Under the pieces are notes generated by a model, which saw only the letters and a list, made by a program, of their open reading frames with translations, had not been told where the DNA came from and ran no database searches. Positions 8,565 through 18,163 of a stretch of 50,433 nt of DNA are shown here, piece by piece (position 1 is the stretch's first letter; every line of letters starts with the position of its first letter). Made by a program: the position numbers and the translations under genes. Source of the DNA: a virus. Lineage: Duplodnaviria > Caudoviricetes. The stretch covers positions 1-50,433 of the IMG/VR virus record IMGVR_UViG_3300025718_000163. One strand, given 5' to 3'.

Positions 8565-8865
8565 CGGGGGAACAGAGGAACACATTTTCCTATACGTGCA
8601 TATGCGCGTATACGTACATATGCCTCGCGCACATTACCTAAATAACTATAACTATTAACTATATAGTATAAATTTGTTCCCTTTGTGCCCTCAGCCCTCA
8701 ATGCCTTGGTATATAACGGTTTCAGAGGGAACGGAATCTTGGAACAGGCCTTGTTTTCTGTTCCCTTTGGTCTTATTAACCTTATTTGAAAAGTTTTAAA
8801 TTACTGTTCCCTCTGTCCCCTTCTTTTTTAGAGTGTTTAATAGTAGGTTTCTCTGTTCCCTCATT
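8565..8865. repeat. Putative phage replication origin with TGTTCCCT iterons
   Basis: Multiple TGTTCCC/GGAACA copies in both orientations, an alternating purine-pyrimidine tract (8591-8630) and AT-rich spacers, directly downstream of the VapE gene. Confidence 0.6.
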
Positions 8866-8876
8866 GTGCTAAAGAA

Positions 8877-11240
8877 TCACCCTCGTCTATAGGAACGTTG
8901 ACGGCCATAAATACTGAAGGTTAACTTTCCATCATATCGTTGCCAGCCATCGGCGTGATCCAATATGCTACGGATCTCACGTGCCTGAATATTAGTGAGC
9001 TGTTTAGGATCTCCCCCAAAACACTCGCACCAGACCTCCATGGCACAAACCCGATTCCGCTTGCTTATACCGTTTCCACCTAAAAAATCACCTGCTAGGA
9101 ACACTCGCCTTTCACTTAAATCTAGGCTATCCCAATTGTCTGGCAGCAGCCGTTCCAAATAGTCATAAACCATACCGGCCTTATCACTCTCTTCCGTGTG
9201 CTCTGCTTGAATCGTCAAAGCGTACTCAGCAAGTTCGTCCTTTAGGTACAATTCCTCCCCAGCTTTATACCCTTGTACTGCCTCGCCCCAAATCTGGTCT
9301 ACGTTTAAATCATTCCACAGGCTTTGCCTACCTTTACCCACGTTCACCGGCCAAAAACGTCGACCACCTGTTTTATCCCGCAAACACTCGTAGTCGTTGG
9401 TAGTCCCGATGAAGATGCATTGCCGTGGAAAGACACCCGTCCGTCGGCCGTAAGCTTCTCTGAAGATATCTTCTTGCTTGGAGATAAAGTGCTTCAAGGC
9501 ATCGATATCGGCTTTTTTTGCAGCCGATAGTTCACCGACTTCAATGATCCATACACCCTGCAATTGCTCATAGGCTTCCTTCCCCACAACAGTCGTTAGA
9601 CTATCCGAGAACCACTTTCCACCGAGCTTTTTCAGATAATAGCTCTTTCCAAGTCCCTGTTTACCAATCAAAAGAAGCATAAAATCAAATTTGCATCCGG
9701 GATTTAAGATTCTCGCGACCGCTGCACACATCGTTTTCCGTGTCACTGCTCTGGTGTATTCAGAGTCCTCCGCACCAAAAAAGTCTATTAACAAGGTGTC
9801 CAGCCGCTCTATACCATCCCAGACCAAGCCGTCGAGATAGTCCTTCACTGGATTGTACCGGTTCTGTTCGACAACGACAGAAAGTGCATCCATTGTTTTA
9901 CCGACGTGGCTTATATCATAGACGTGCTCTAAGTAATGCCTGAGAGCTGCGTCATCCGTATCGGACCAGTATGCACCTTTGCCAATACCTCGCCAAGGTA
10001 AGTTCCTTAAGAGCTCGTTTCGATGGGCAAACTCGTTATTGCCCACCGTCCCACAAAGCTGTGGATCGTGCTCCATGATTAACCGTATATTGTCGATCGT
10101 CGCCTTCAGCGTGCCATCTTTTTTATACTCCAATCGTTCAGCCCAGTTATCATCTTCCTGCCCGAAATCTTTCAAGGCTCCCGCCATACTATCGGACATA
10201 AGTTGCTTTTTAACAGTCCCGTCGTTGACGGCGAACTCCTGCATGGCTTTATAAGAGGGCCGTTTGCTCGGAGGTGTCCCTTCTTCTACCCCGTCATCCT
10301 GAGCACCAAACTTGTGGACACGTACTAAGTCGAAGGCATTCACTAACTTGCCACTGATGGGATCGGTACCGTGATGGGAGAAAGCGAACAGGTCATTGTC
10401 GTATAGTATCAAGCCCCCGGAGGTTGAGCCACCAAGGAAGGTATATCGTTCATCTCCTGCTGGCTCGTACACATCACCTAAAAACGTTTCCAGTGCTTCG
10501 GTTATAGAATACGAGCGGCAAAAGGCACCAATGACGCCCTCTTTGGTTGTGGGATCGACCTGTTTCTCCGCGGTCTTCTTGATAACCGTTTGCTGTCTAG
10601 ATGATACTGGCCAGCTTGAAGCATTCTTCCAATCAACATAAGTTGCTAGGACTTCATCAGGATCAAGCCAGGGCCCGTCAATGTGTTCAAATACATACTC
10701 ACCCCCTGTGGATGTTGAGGGCCAGTACATTAGTCTAGCGGCAGAGTACGTTGTGTCGTCAAACTGTTCTATGCCAAGGTCGTAGGCTACCTTACGAGCA
10801 ACGGCTGTGTATTCCTCCGCCGATACCACTCTCACCATCGGGATAACGAGCCTGAGCCGTGGAGCCTCTGGCGTGTGTTTATGAGTAGAGTAAATGCAAC
10901 ACGCATAATCATAAAGCATGAAAATCTCATCCCAAACGTCAGGTTGGGCATAGTCCATATCGAGAGTGAGCAAAGAACGGAACTCCACAAAGCCATTTTT
11001 GCGTCGACCACCCTTTAGCTTACCGCCGACGAAACCTCCCACGTCTTTGCGACCATCCTGTTCGTCTTTGGACATCTTTCGGTACTCTTCCTGGGTTTCC
11101 GAAGTTTTCTGTGTGACTTCAACTGTTTCTAAAAACTGAGACCACTGCAACTCTTTGTTTGTCCATTTCTTCTCTTTTCGGGAATTGCCAGTGGCTATGG
11201 CAATAGGCCCATCGTGCTTTAATTGATCCATCCTTTTCAA
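8877..11240 (-). CDS. Primase-helicase, virulence-associated E (VapE) family
   Basis: N-terminal TLDMD / STHKH..PRLR primase-like motifs; GKQGLGKS Walker A; GTTN; TGGRRFWP. Confidence 0.9.
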   Translation of the reverse strand: MKRMDQLKHDGPIAIATGNSRKEKKWTNKELQWSQFLETVEVTQKTSETQEEYRKMSKDEQDGRKDVGGFVGGKLKGGRRKNGFVEFRSLLTLDMDYAQPDVWDEIFMLYDYACCIYSTHKHTPEAPRLRLVIPMVRVVSAEEYTAVARKVAYDLGIEQFDDTTYSAARLMYWPSTSTGGEYVFEHIDGPWLDPDEVLATYVDWKNASSWPVSSRQQTVIKKTAEKQVDPTTKEGVIGAFCRSYSITEALETFLGDVYEPAGDERYTFLGGSTSGGLILYDNDLFAFSHHGTDPISGKLVNAFDLVRVHKFGAQDDGVEEGTPPSKRPSYKAMQEFAVNDGTVKKQLMSDSMAGALKDFGQEDDNWAERLEYKKDGTLKATIDNIRLIMEHDPQLCGTVGNNEFAHRNELLRNLPWRGIGKGAYWSDTDDAALRHYLEHVYDISHVGKTMDALSVVVEQNRYNPVKDYLDGLVWDGIERLDTLLIDFFGAEDSEYTRAVTRKTMCAAVARILNPGCKFDFMLLLIGKQGLGKSYYLKKLGGKWFSDSLTTVVGKEAYEQLQGVWIIEVGELSAAKKADIDALKHFISKQEDIFREAYGRRTGVFPRQCIFIGTTNDYECLRDKTGGRRFWPVNVGKGRQSLWNDLNVDQIWGEAVQGYKAGEELYLKDELAEYALTIQAEHTEESDKAGMVYDYLERLLPDNWDSLDLSERRVFLAGDFLGGNGISKRNRVCAMEVWCECFGGDPKQLTNIQAREIRSILDHADGWQRYDGKLTFSIYGRQRSYRRG

Positions 11241-11249
11241 CTAACCTCC

Positions 11250-13196
11250 CTAGTCCTTTTTGTAGAACTCAGCTTCAAACCCAGCGGCTCGCAAGGGCAA
11301 GCCCTCGGCCCAACTTATCGACTGGCCCATGATGTCGCACAATTCTTCTAGGGATCCCTGACCCACTGGTGCTATGATGACCACCTCATCATGCACGTGC
11401 ATCGCTATCTTATAACCCGCCTTATCGACCCGAAGCATGGCCTCGGCGAGACAATCGCGAGCCACTGCTTGAGTAATATTCTCCACCAATTTTGGCCCAT
11501 AGGTGTCAATGCGACACCACTGTTTCTTCTCGCCAATGCCCTCATAAGTGAGTCCGTCACGTCCAAACTTATTAAGCCTAATTTCGGGTTTAACATATGA
11601 AAGCTTCCGGCCCGAGGGCAGGGTTACAAATAAGATCCCGCTTGTGCATTGAAACTTTAGTTTGCCGACGGTTTGAGGTATTTTTTCCTTGACAATTTTA
11701 AGGGCTGCTTTGTCTACGTCCCACCAAAAGCGGGTTATATTGGGGTTCGCGGATCTCCATGTGTTAACGAGTGGTTTCAACTCATCTTCTGCTAGGCCCA
11801 TGCTCAACGCACCCATCGCAGTTAAAGCACCGACACTGCCACCGTAGCCAAGCGCTAGTTCACTAATTTTTCCTTTCTGCCGCAGCTCATACTCTGGATT
11901 TCCTTTGATGATGCGTTCCAAGGGCACTTTAAACATCTGACTTGCCGAGGCTTCGTAAATCTTTCCGTGAGTCTCAAAAACCTCCATTCGCCAGGCTTCC
12001 CCCGCCATCCAAGCGATCACCCGTGCTTCGATGGCTGAGAAGTCCGCCACAATAATTCGATAGCCCTTTGGTGGAATGAAAGCTGTTCGGATGAGTTCAG
12101 AAAGCACACTGGGCACACTCTCATACAGCATTTCTAATAGATCATAGTCTCCGGACTTAACAATCCCACGTGCGAGTTCCAAGTCTTGCAGGTGGTTTTG
12201 TGGAAGGTTGTGAACTTGGATTAATCTTCCAGCCCACCGCCCGGTCCTGTTCGCTCCGTAAAACTGCAGAAGTCCACGCACATGATTGTCAGGACAGAGG
12301 GCTCTTTGAATCGCGTCGTATTTCTTGATAGAGGTTTTAGCCATTTCTTGCCGAAGCTGGAGTAGCCTTTGGATTGCGCCTTCCGTGACACTCGCTAAGT
12401 CTGCCACGACCTTTTTGGATAAGCTCTCGATCTCAAGCCCGTTGCCTAATAGCCATTCTTTAAGCTGGGCTACACTGTTGGGATTGTCGAGTCCAGTCAG
12501 TTCCTTCGCTTCATTGAAAATGGCCGTTCTGTAACGTTTATCGCATCGAATAGCGTTTTTCACGAGCCCGGTATCCACCAATATCCCTCGATCATTGATC
12601 TGTTGGTCGAGCACCCAAAGGGTCTGTTCGTTATCTGATATAGGGTATTTCTTGAGCTTCTTCCGTATGGACTGCTCAACTTCAACGTCCCTCTTGCAAT
12701 AGTCTTTAAAGGTGGCCCACTTCTCGGGTGCATCGCTCGGCCGATTCCTCGTTCTCCCCCCATTAGTTTTCGTGGGTTTACATGGGATGGAGAAGTACCG
12801 GATCAGTGCCATGCCCTCACCCATTTTCTGCTCTTCTAACTTCAGAACCTGAGCAACTCCGGCCAGATGAAGTGGTAGCCCTAGCATGGCTGACTGTACT
12901 GCTGTGCAGCGCCAGGCGTTGGGTAATAGAGGCTGCTTTAAATAGACTGACAAGCAGGTACGTTCAAAATTGGCGTTAAAGGCAGTCTTTATAACGCTCT
13001 CATCTGTTATAGCCATAAATATTTCCGGTGGCAGCTGTTCGCCACTTGCAAGGTCGACGATCTCAATCGGCGCATCATCAAAGGCATAAGCAAACAATAG
13101 GATTTCAAAATCAGGGGCAGAGGTGTACGCATACACCCCTGCTTTTTTCAAGTCCACACTGGAATATGTTTCGATATCGATGCCTAGAGTTTTCAC
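11250..13196 (-). CDS. Phage DNA polymerase, family A
   Basis: DIET exonuclease motif, RTGRW, DFSAIEARV, K..ELALGYG, HVHDE. Confidence 0.93.
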   Translation of the reverse strand: MKTLGIDIETYSSVDLKKAGVYAYTSAPDFEILLFAYAFDDAPIEIVDLASGEQLPPEIFMAITDESVIKTAFNANFERTCLSVYLKQPLLPNAWRCTAVQSAMLGLPLHLAGVAQVLKLEEQKMGEGMALIRYFSIPCKPTKTNGGRTRNRPSDAPEKWATFKDYCKRDVEVEQSIRKKLKKYPISDNEQTLWVLDQQINDRGILVDTGLVKNAIRCDKRYRTAIFNEAKELTGLDNPNSVAQLKEWLLGNGLEIESLSKKVVADLASVTEGAIQRLLQLRQEMAKTSIKKYDAIQRALCPDNHVRGLLQFYGANRTGRWAGRLIQVHNLPQNHLQDLELARGIVKSGDYDLLEMLYESVPSVLSELIRTAFIPPKGYRIIVADFSAIEARVIAWMAGEAWRMEVFETHGKIYEASASQMFKVPLERIIKGNPEYELRQKGKISELALGYGGSVGALTAMGALSMGLAEDELKPLVNTWRSANPNITRFWWDVDKAALKIVKEKIPQTVGKLKFQCTSGILFVTLPSGRKLSYVKPEIRLNKFGRDGLTYEGIGEKKQWCRIDTYGPKLVENITQAVARDCLAEAMLRVDKAGYKIAMHVHDEVVIIAPVGQGSLEELCDIMGQSISWAEGLPLRAAGFEAEFYKKD

Positions 13197-13738
13197 GACA
13201 AAAAGTCGTCATCGTCATAGGCTTCAAAATCGTCTTCAGCTCTGCTGCGTCCTCCCAGCGACTCTCCATCGGCTAGCTTTTGCAGGTTCTGTAGGCCGCA
13301 GGCAATGCCCCTGTTACCATTCGTATTGAAGGGGTAAAATGTAATACTCGCCCGGCCATAGCAACCACTGTAGACTTCCGTGCTATCAAGGATGGGCTGG
13401 ACGTTTTTGTCCACGATATTTGGCTTTGTAGCACTGTTGGCGTTCACAAAAAAACAGTTTTCATAGTTCTCGTCATCAGAGCGGTCAATATCTCCGTCGC
13501 GGAGAGGTCGTTTAAAACCCGCGCCGCTTATAAACTTTGCCCCATGCTTTGCAATTCCTACTTTTTCAGCTTCTTTGATAGCAGCATTTATCTTAGAGAG
13601 GGTTTCTTTATCCGTCTTAGAGATTACGAGACTGACTGAGTATTTTTCGTCTCCCCCATTAATGCTCTTTGGTGCCCATACGTTACAAAATGAGAATCTT
13701 ACTTTGCCAGTGATAACCTTTGTTGTTTCGTTTGCCAT
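13193..13738 (-). CDS. DUF2815 ssDNA-binding protein (gp2.5-like)
   Basis: PLRDGD, EVYSGCY, GNRGIACGL and an acidic C-terminal tail. Confidence 0.88.
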   Translation of the reverse strand: MANETTKVITGKVRFSFCNVWAPKSINGGDEKYSVSLVISKTDKETLSKINAAIKEAEKVGIAKHGAKFISGAGFKRPLRDGDIDRSDDENYENCFFVNANSATKPNIVDKNVQPILDSTEVYSGCYGRASITFYPFNTNGNRGIACGLQNLQKLADGESLGGRSRAEDDFEAYDDDDFLS

Positions 13739-13847
13739 TTTTTTATTACCCCTTTATGATTTTATTACGAATGATGCGGCTGAGGTCTTTGAATTCCTTA
13801 TAACCTCTAACCAGATTACTTTTGTTACAAATTTTCAAACGTCTATA

Positions 13848-14984
13848 TTAAATAGCGTCTTCAAAATCACGCCTTGCTGAATCAAGTGGATTCCATTCAT
13901 CATGCTTGTCCAACTCAACCACTAGAGAGGGCTTGCCCGGAGGTGCAATACATAAATTTCCCAGTAGATTCTTAAACTGTTGCTTGCCAAGGAGCTGTGT
14001 CATAGCCGTTATGCCGAGAAGATTCTTGGTATATATCTGCGTCTCGTTATAGTCGCCAGTTGCCAACACCTGCTCGGCTATCTTGTCTTCATCCATATAT
14101 TTTCGTCGGCTCGTCCCCTCGATCAGCTTGTAGCCCGGCCACTTCTTACCGTTTATTGCTTCCTTTTCTGCATACTCCCAGACATCCTTGGCCCAAACTT
14201 TGAGCTCATTCGCTTGTGCCAAGACCCTGGCCATCTCATCCTCGGTAAGCAGAGCCGGTAATTTAAAGTCCAGTTGGGCGAGTTGTAAATTTGCATTGCC
14301 TCGCTCTCGGCATTGGCTCTTTGCCCGGCAGTATCGACAATGCTCACCGGATACATAATCTCCTTCACCTCGAAAGGCGAGCGCCGCCTTGGGTCTTAAC
14401 TCCGTTTCTGCCCACTGTATGAGCTCGTCCACTGATAACGCAAAGGTAGATATACTGTCGAGTCTAGGTTGGCAGATCGTCATACGCACTGTTTTTATGT
14501 CATATAGAAGATCAAATATATCCAGTGCCCCCAGCGCATAAAGCTTAAGTTGCGGATTATCGTTTGCCGATACCTTCGCCATGCCATATTTAAGATCCAC
14601 AACGTCGAGAATGCCGTCGGAAACAATAACAAGATCGCCAGTCCCAAAACCCTCCGGTGCATAGTGGGAGTAATCCAGCCTTTGTTCTACGAGCACTAGT
14701 GGATCACTTGACCTTGTTTTGGCCTCAGCTATCAGTTCACAGGCATAGCCTACATAAGCGTCTGTATAGAATTCTAGCTCCTGCGAGTCGTATTTACTCT
14801 TTGGTTTTCTCGTTTTGATTTTGAGAAACTTCCGCAGCTTATGCTCAGACATTGCGTGTGCGGCGGTACCTTCCTCCGCAAAGGTGCTGGTTTTGTTTTC
14901 AAACGTTTCCTCTAATCGAACCGAAGGGCCGCAATTCAGCCATCTGTGAGAACTCGATGCCGATAGTTTTGCATGATCTGCCAT
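13848..14984 (-). CDS. DUF2800 Cas4-like PD-(D/E)XK exonuclease
   Basis: HAKLSASSSHRWLNC, GFGTGD, DLKYG, QLKLYALG, HCRYC..C. Confidence 0.88.
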   Translation of the reverse strand: MADHAKLSASSSHRWLNCGPSVRLEETFENKTSTFAEEGTAAHAMSEHKLRKFLKIKTRKPKSKYDSQELEFYTDAYVGYACELIAEAKTRSSDPLVLVEQRLDYSHYAPEGFGTGDLVIVSDGILDVVDLKYGMAKVSANDNPQLKLYALGALDIFDLLYDIKTVRMTICQPRLDSISTFALSVDELIQWAETELRPKAALAFRGEGDYVSGEHCRYCRAKSQCRERGNANLQLAQLDFKLPALLTEDEMARVLAQANELKVWAKDVWEYAEKEAINGKKWPGYKLIEGTSRRKYMDEDKIAEQVLATGDYNETQIYTKNLLGITAMTQLLGKQQFKNLLGNLCIAPPGKPSLVVELDKHDEWNPLDSARRDFEDAI

Positions 14985-15331
14985 TAAAGTTCCTCTGCAT
15001 CCTTTAACAATTCTCCGTATCTTGCGGGATCTACAGAGGTCAGCTTATTTGCATCATACCGCTTGAAAAGCCCCTGGATTGCCGCCTTTTTACCCTCTTG
15101 TGATTTGGCGGTGAGTACCGCGCGAACTTCCTCAAGGGTTACGGGTTTATCCACTATTTCAGGCTCCTTGATCTCTTTGGGTTGCTCAGGCGCGATGGAA
15201 GCATCGTCTACCTTGCCAGAGTCATCTGTGACCTGAACAATGCTTTGGTTGTTTTCCAACGCTTGCGCCAGCCTTGTCAGAGCCACAATTAAATCCTGTG
15301 CGTTGTTGATTGTAATTTCAAGTTTACTCAT
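14984..15331 (-). CDS. Hypothetical phage replication-module protein
   Basis: TLEEVRAVL..KLTSVDP.RY.ELL C-terminus, typical of the gene upstream of DUF2800. Confidence 0.75.
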   Translation of the reverse strand: MSKLEITINNAQDLIVALTRLAQALENNQSIVQVTDDSGKVDDASIAPEQPKEIKEPEIVDKPVTLEEVRAVLTAKSQEGKKAAIQGLFKRYDANKLTSVDPARYGELLKDAEEL

Positions 15332-15668
15332 GTGGGTTTTCTCCCCTTTCACATCGGTCACTGTAGTATTGAATTGGGATACCAAGTCGCTCTGCTGCAA
15401 CTATTTCACCCTGCATTCCTTTAGAGATGTTAGAGCCAAAAATCCACATTTCAGTACATCGGTACATAAGTTCCAGACCCATCTGCATTGCTAGCTGACG
15501 TTCTTCTAAAATATCTTCGTCTAGAAACTGAGTAAAAATTACATGCGGTGCGAGCGGAATAACTCCCTGTGTTACTGCAAATCGACAGTAGCCATTCGCT
15601 CTGTTTATATTCCTTTCGATGTCGCCTCTTAATGGCGAACATATATAGATTAATTTAATTTGATTCAC
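15324..15668 (-). CDS. DUF4406-like (nucleoside 2-deoxyribosyltransferase-fold) protein
   Basis: YICSPLRGD..PLAPH..C.E.W.FG..ISKGMQGEI. Confidence 0.75.
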   Translation of the reverse strand: MNQIKLIYICSPLRGDIERNINRANGYCRFAVTQGVIPLAPHVIFTQFLDEDILEERQLAMQMGLELMYRCTEMWIFGSNISKGMQGEIVAAERLGIPIQYYSDRCERGENPHE

Positions 15669-15873
15669 CCCCTACATTAATTGTCAGACTCGCGACACTT
15701 TCATTGGGAAATAATTTGAGCAACCCGGCTAGGATCTTGCGCCCAGCATGTCGCCTTCCAGATAGCGCATTTGATAATGAACCATGACCGACTTTCATGA
15801 GGCGTGCGAGTTCATTTTGGGATATGCTTCTTTCGTTAATCAGTCCCTTTATTACGTCTGCATTTAATCGCAT
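15655..15873 (-). CDS. XRE/Cro HTH protein
   Basis: SQNELARLMKVGHGSLSNALSG. Confidence 0.8.
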   Translation of the reverse strand: MRLNADVIKGLINERSISQNELARLMKVGHGSLSNALSGRRHAGRKILAGLLKLFPNESVASLTINVGGESN

Positions 15874-16052
15874 GACTGTTCACTAACGTGGCTAACTCCT
15901 GCTTCTTTGAGAATCGGATTAAAAAGTTCATCTAGCTCCCTCAGTGCTGCTTTCCTTTTTGCTTCCTTACTTTCGGGTTTTCGCTCTGTAATAATCACAT
16001 TTGTTGGTTTCTCGCTGGTGATTGTGATTCTGATGGTTTGCATTTTTTCCAC
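15864..16052 (-). CDS. Small hypothetical protein
   Basis: ORF with AGGAGG RBS, overlapping the downstream gene. Confidence 0.6.
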   Translation of the reverse strand: MEKMQTIRITITSEKPTNVIITERKPESKEAKRKAALRELDELFNPILKEAGVSHVSEQSCD

Positions 16053-16130
16053 CTCCTGGCTTATTTTTGTGAGGCTGTAAAAGTGCCTCTATATATAAGC
16101 CACGAGAAAAGGCAAAGTAAACCCCCTAAA

Positions 16131-16523
16131 TTAAAATAATTTTTTCAATCGTTGGTAAGTCTTGTTTAGACGACCATTGCAAGCTTGTTTTGTAATGCCT
16201 AATTCTTTTGCTACCGCTACTATAGGTCTCCCCTCAAAGAACACCTTTTGAATCAGGTCTAGTTGCTGTGGTAGTAGCTTGTTCAGGGCATTATAGAGGG
16301 CCTCACTCGTTTCTTTCTTTTCAATCGCAGAAACAACATCAACACTTTCGTCTGCTATTTGGGTACCTTGTACCTGCATATTTTCAACCGAATTGTGCCT
16401 ACGGGTTTCTCTGTGATCACTGTTGTAAATCCCCCTGTCAAGTTCAACGGAGACCCCGCCTATATCGTTCGTTACTTCAATATCTACAATCTCACCTGTT
16501 AAAAACTCATACTTAATTCTCAT
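16131..16523 (-). CDS. Sigma-70 region 4-like (ECF-like) DNA-binding protein
   Basis: ALNKLLPQQ..FFEG...VAKELGITKQA; RBS AAGGAG before the ATG at 16523. Confidence 0.8.
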   Translation of the reverse strand: MRIKYEFLTGEIVDIEVTNDIGGVSVELDRGIYNSDHRETRRHNSVENMQVQGTQIADESVDVVSAIEKKETSEALYNALNKLLPQQLDLIQKVFFEGRPIVAVAKELGITKQACNGRLNKTYQRLKKLF

Positions 16524-16553
16524 TATTGATCGCTCCTTTTCTGTTTTTGGGCA

Positions 16554-16602
16554 CAAAAAAAGAGCCGGACGATTACCAACTCCCTTGGTAATCATCCGGC
16601 TC
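16554..16602 (-). terminator. Strong intrinsic terminator in the leader of the sigma-like gene
   Basis: GAGCCGGATGATTACCAA-GGGAG-TTGGTAATCGTCCGGCTC followed by a T-run. Confidence 0.8.
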
Positions 16603-16639
16603 ATGGGTAGCTCTTTTCAGGCTCCTCCGCTCGGTATGC

Positions 16640-16783
16640 TTAAGTCACTTTGACTTGTCTACGTAGTTCAATTTTCATGACCTTCTTGCACTTTGGACAC
16701 TTGATATACACGGCTGCGTTGCCGTCAGCTTCAAGATCAAATAATCTTTGATTACAATTTGGGCATTTAACAACTTCCTTCAT
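16640..16783 (-). CDS. Com-family zinc-finger regulator (47 aa)
   Basis: Manual translation MKEVVKCPNCNQRLFDLEADGNAAVYIKCPKCKKVMKIELRRQVKVT*; RBS AGGGGAG. Confidence 0.75.
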   Translation of the reverse strand: MKEVVKCPNCNQRLFDLEADGNAAVYIKCPKCKKVMKIELRRQVKVT

Positions 16784-16850
16784 TTGATGTCTCCCCTTTC
16801 TCTTTACACTTGTTGGGGAAATACATATAATTCTTTAATATGTTAACTGA

Positions 16851-16868
16851 TACGCAATTTTGCGAACA
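16851..16868. promoter_or_regulatory. Putative repressor operator, copy 1 (TACGCAATTTTGCGAACA)
   Basis: Contains the palindrome CGCA-N4-TGCG; 15/18 identical to 18146-18163. Confidence 0.5.
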
Positions 16869-16890
16869 CTACTGTAAAAAATATATGCTT

Positions 16891-17712
16891 TCAGAAGAAA
16901 GTATACTGACGCACCTCTTGTTTTATAGTTCTTAATGTTTTTATATCTTTGATAAAGCCAAAGTTTTTAAGCTTGATTTCTGCCGCTTGACGGGATACTT
17001 TGAAAACATCGGCAATTAAACAAGGGAATTCTTGCATGGCAAACATGTCAGTCTCCGCGTCCGCCCCCATCACGATTCCTTTACTTCTTACACCGGCCTG
17101 GTTTAATAGTTGCTCGGCAACGGCTATGAACGGCGTTTTAGGCATGGCGATCGCTGAAGCCATGTAGTCTGCTTGGTATTCCATCCAATCTTGGGAGGTT
17201 GTATGTCTTCGATAGGCGAAGTTTTCCACCGAGTTTACTCTGCATTTAATAACACTCTGTTTATGTTTCGTATAGGTAAAATCAAGACTAAGTTGTCCAT
17301 TGTTGTGAGCATAGACTCCCCGATGACACCACCAATGCCCACCACCTTCATGCAATGCGGTGAATCGCAATCGGCCAACTTTATCGGAGGCTAAAAGATG
17401 ATTATCGATTATGACGGAACCTTTGGTGATTTCGATGCTTTTCTCACGACCGAGTTCGTGGTCGTATACTTGTACTCTCCCATCATCAAATGCAGTCATC
17501 CCAAGAATTGTTTCATCGGCAGTTATGTCTAAATATTGTAGATTCACTCCAAGATACACTTCCAAAAAATGCTCATAGTCAATAGGCTGCGGTTCTTTTA
17601 TAAGAACAGGTTTATAATCATTAATAAGCATTTCAGCAAGCTCGTCCATTTCCTTGGCGCTCATGACTGGAACATTGTTCTTATCTTTTCTACTCCATGA
17701 AAATTCCAGCAT
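16891..17712 (-). CDS. ImmA/IrrE family metallopeptidase (anti-repressor)
   Basis: RFTALHEGGGHW and MEYQADYMASAIAMP motifs; directly downstream of the XRE gene. Confidence 0.88.
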   Translation of the reverse strand: MLEFSWSRKDKNNVPVMSAKEMDELAEMLINDYKPVLIKEPQPIDYEHFLEVYLGVNLQYLDITADETILGMTAFDDGRVQVYDHELGREKSIEITKGSVIIDNHLLASDKVGRLRFTALHEGGGHWWCHRGVYAHNNGQLSLDFTYTKHKQSVIKCRVNSVENFAYRRHTTSQDWMEYQADYMASAIAMPKTPFIAVAEQLLNQAGVRSKGIVMGADAETDMFAMQEFPCLIADVFKVSRQAAEIKLKNFGFIKDIKTLRTIKQEVRQYTFF

Positions 17713-17716
17713 TAAA

Positions 17717-18106
17717 CTACACCTTATCCTTTCTGCCAAGCTCTTCAATGATGCGTTTCCAATCATCAACCGTGACATCGTTCTGTTTAGCTTTTCGAAG
17801 TGCCATTCTTACGTAGGGAGCAACCTCAGAGTCCATGATGTACTCAGGTAAATCCAGAGATACCCCGCCTTTACGTTCTTTGCCAGCTAAATCATACAAC
17901 GTCTCCTGGTCCTCAACTGATAGTTTCAGTTCCTTAATCAGTAATTCTATTTTGTCATTGTCCATTGGGTAACGCCGATTGTTTTCAATGTCACTTAGAT
18001 AAGCAGGCGAGAAACCAATTCTTTCGCACATATCTCGAAGCGTAATTTCTAATACCAAACGTTTTGATTTAATGAAATCGCCGAATCTCATATTCTTTTG
18101 ATCCAT
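17717..18106 (-). CDS. XRE-family (ImmR-like) repressor
   Basis: TLRDMCERIGFSPAYLSDIENNRR HTH; AGGAGGTG RBS. Confidence 0.88.
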   Translation of the reverse strand: MDQKNMRFGDFIKSKRLVLEITLRDMCERIGFSPAYLSDIENNRRYPMDNDKIELLIKELKLSVEDQETLYDLAGKERKGGVSLDLPEYIMDSEVAPYVRMALRKAKQNDVTVDDWKRIIEELGRKDKV

Positions 18107-18145
18107 ATTATCACCTCCTCAACAAGGTTCATTGCTAATTGCAAT

Positions 18146-18163
18146 TACGCATTTCTGCTAACA
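18146..18163. promoter_or_regulatory. Putative repressor operator, copy 2 (TACGCATTTCTGCTAACA)
   Basis: Upstream of the repressor gene; matches 16851-16868. Confidence 0.5.

Larger units (their letters stand above)
1..18106 (-). mobile_element. Prophage (regulation, replication and packaging modules; continues left of the window)
   Basis: Co-oriented phage gene order from the repressor to terL. Confidence 0.92.

Noticed and set aside
13848-14984. Cas4-like protein as evidence of CRISPR-Cas
   Set aside because: Standard DUF2800 member of the phage PolA replication module; no array
1570-16516. Many plus-strand and nested ORFs in the ORF track within the prophage
   Set aside because: Antisense or out-of-frame shadows of well-supported minus-strand genes; no RBS or motifs
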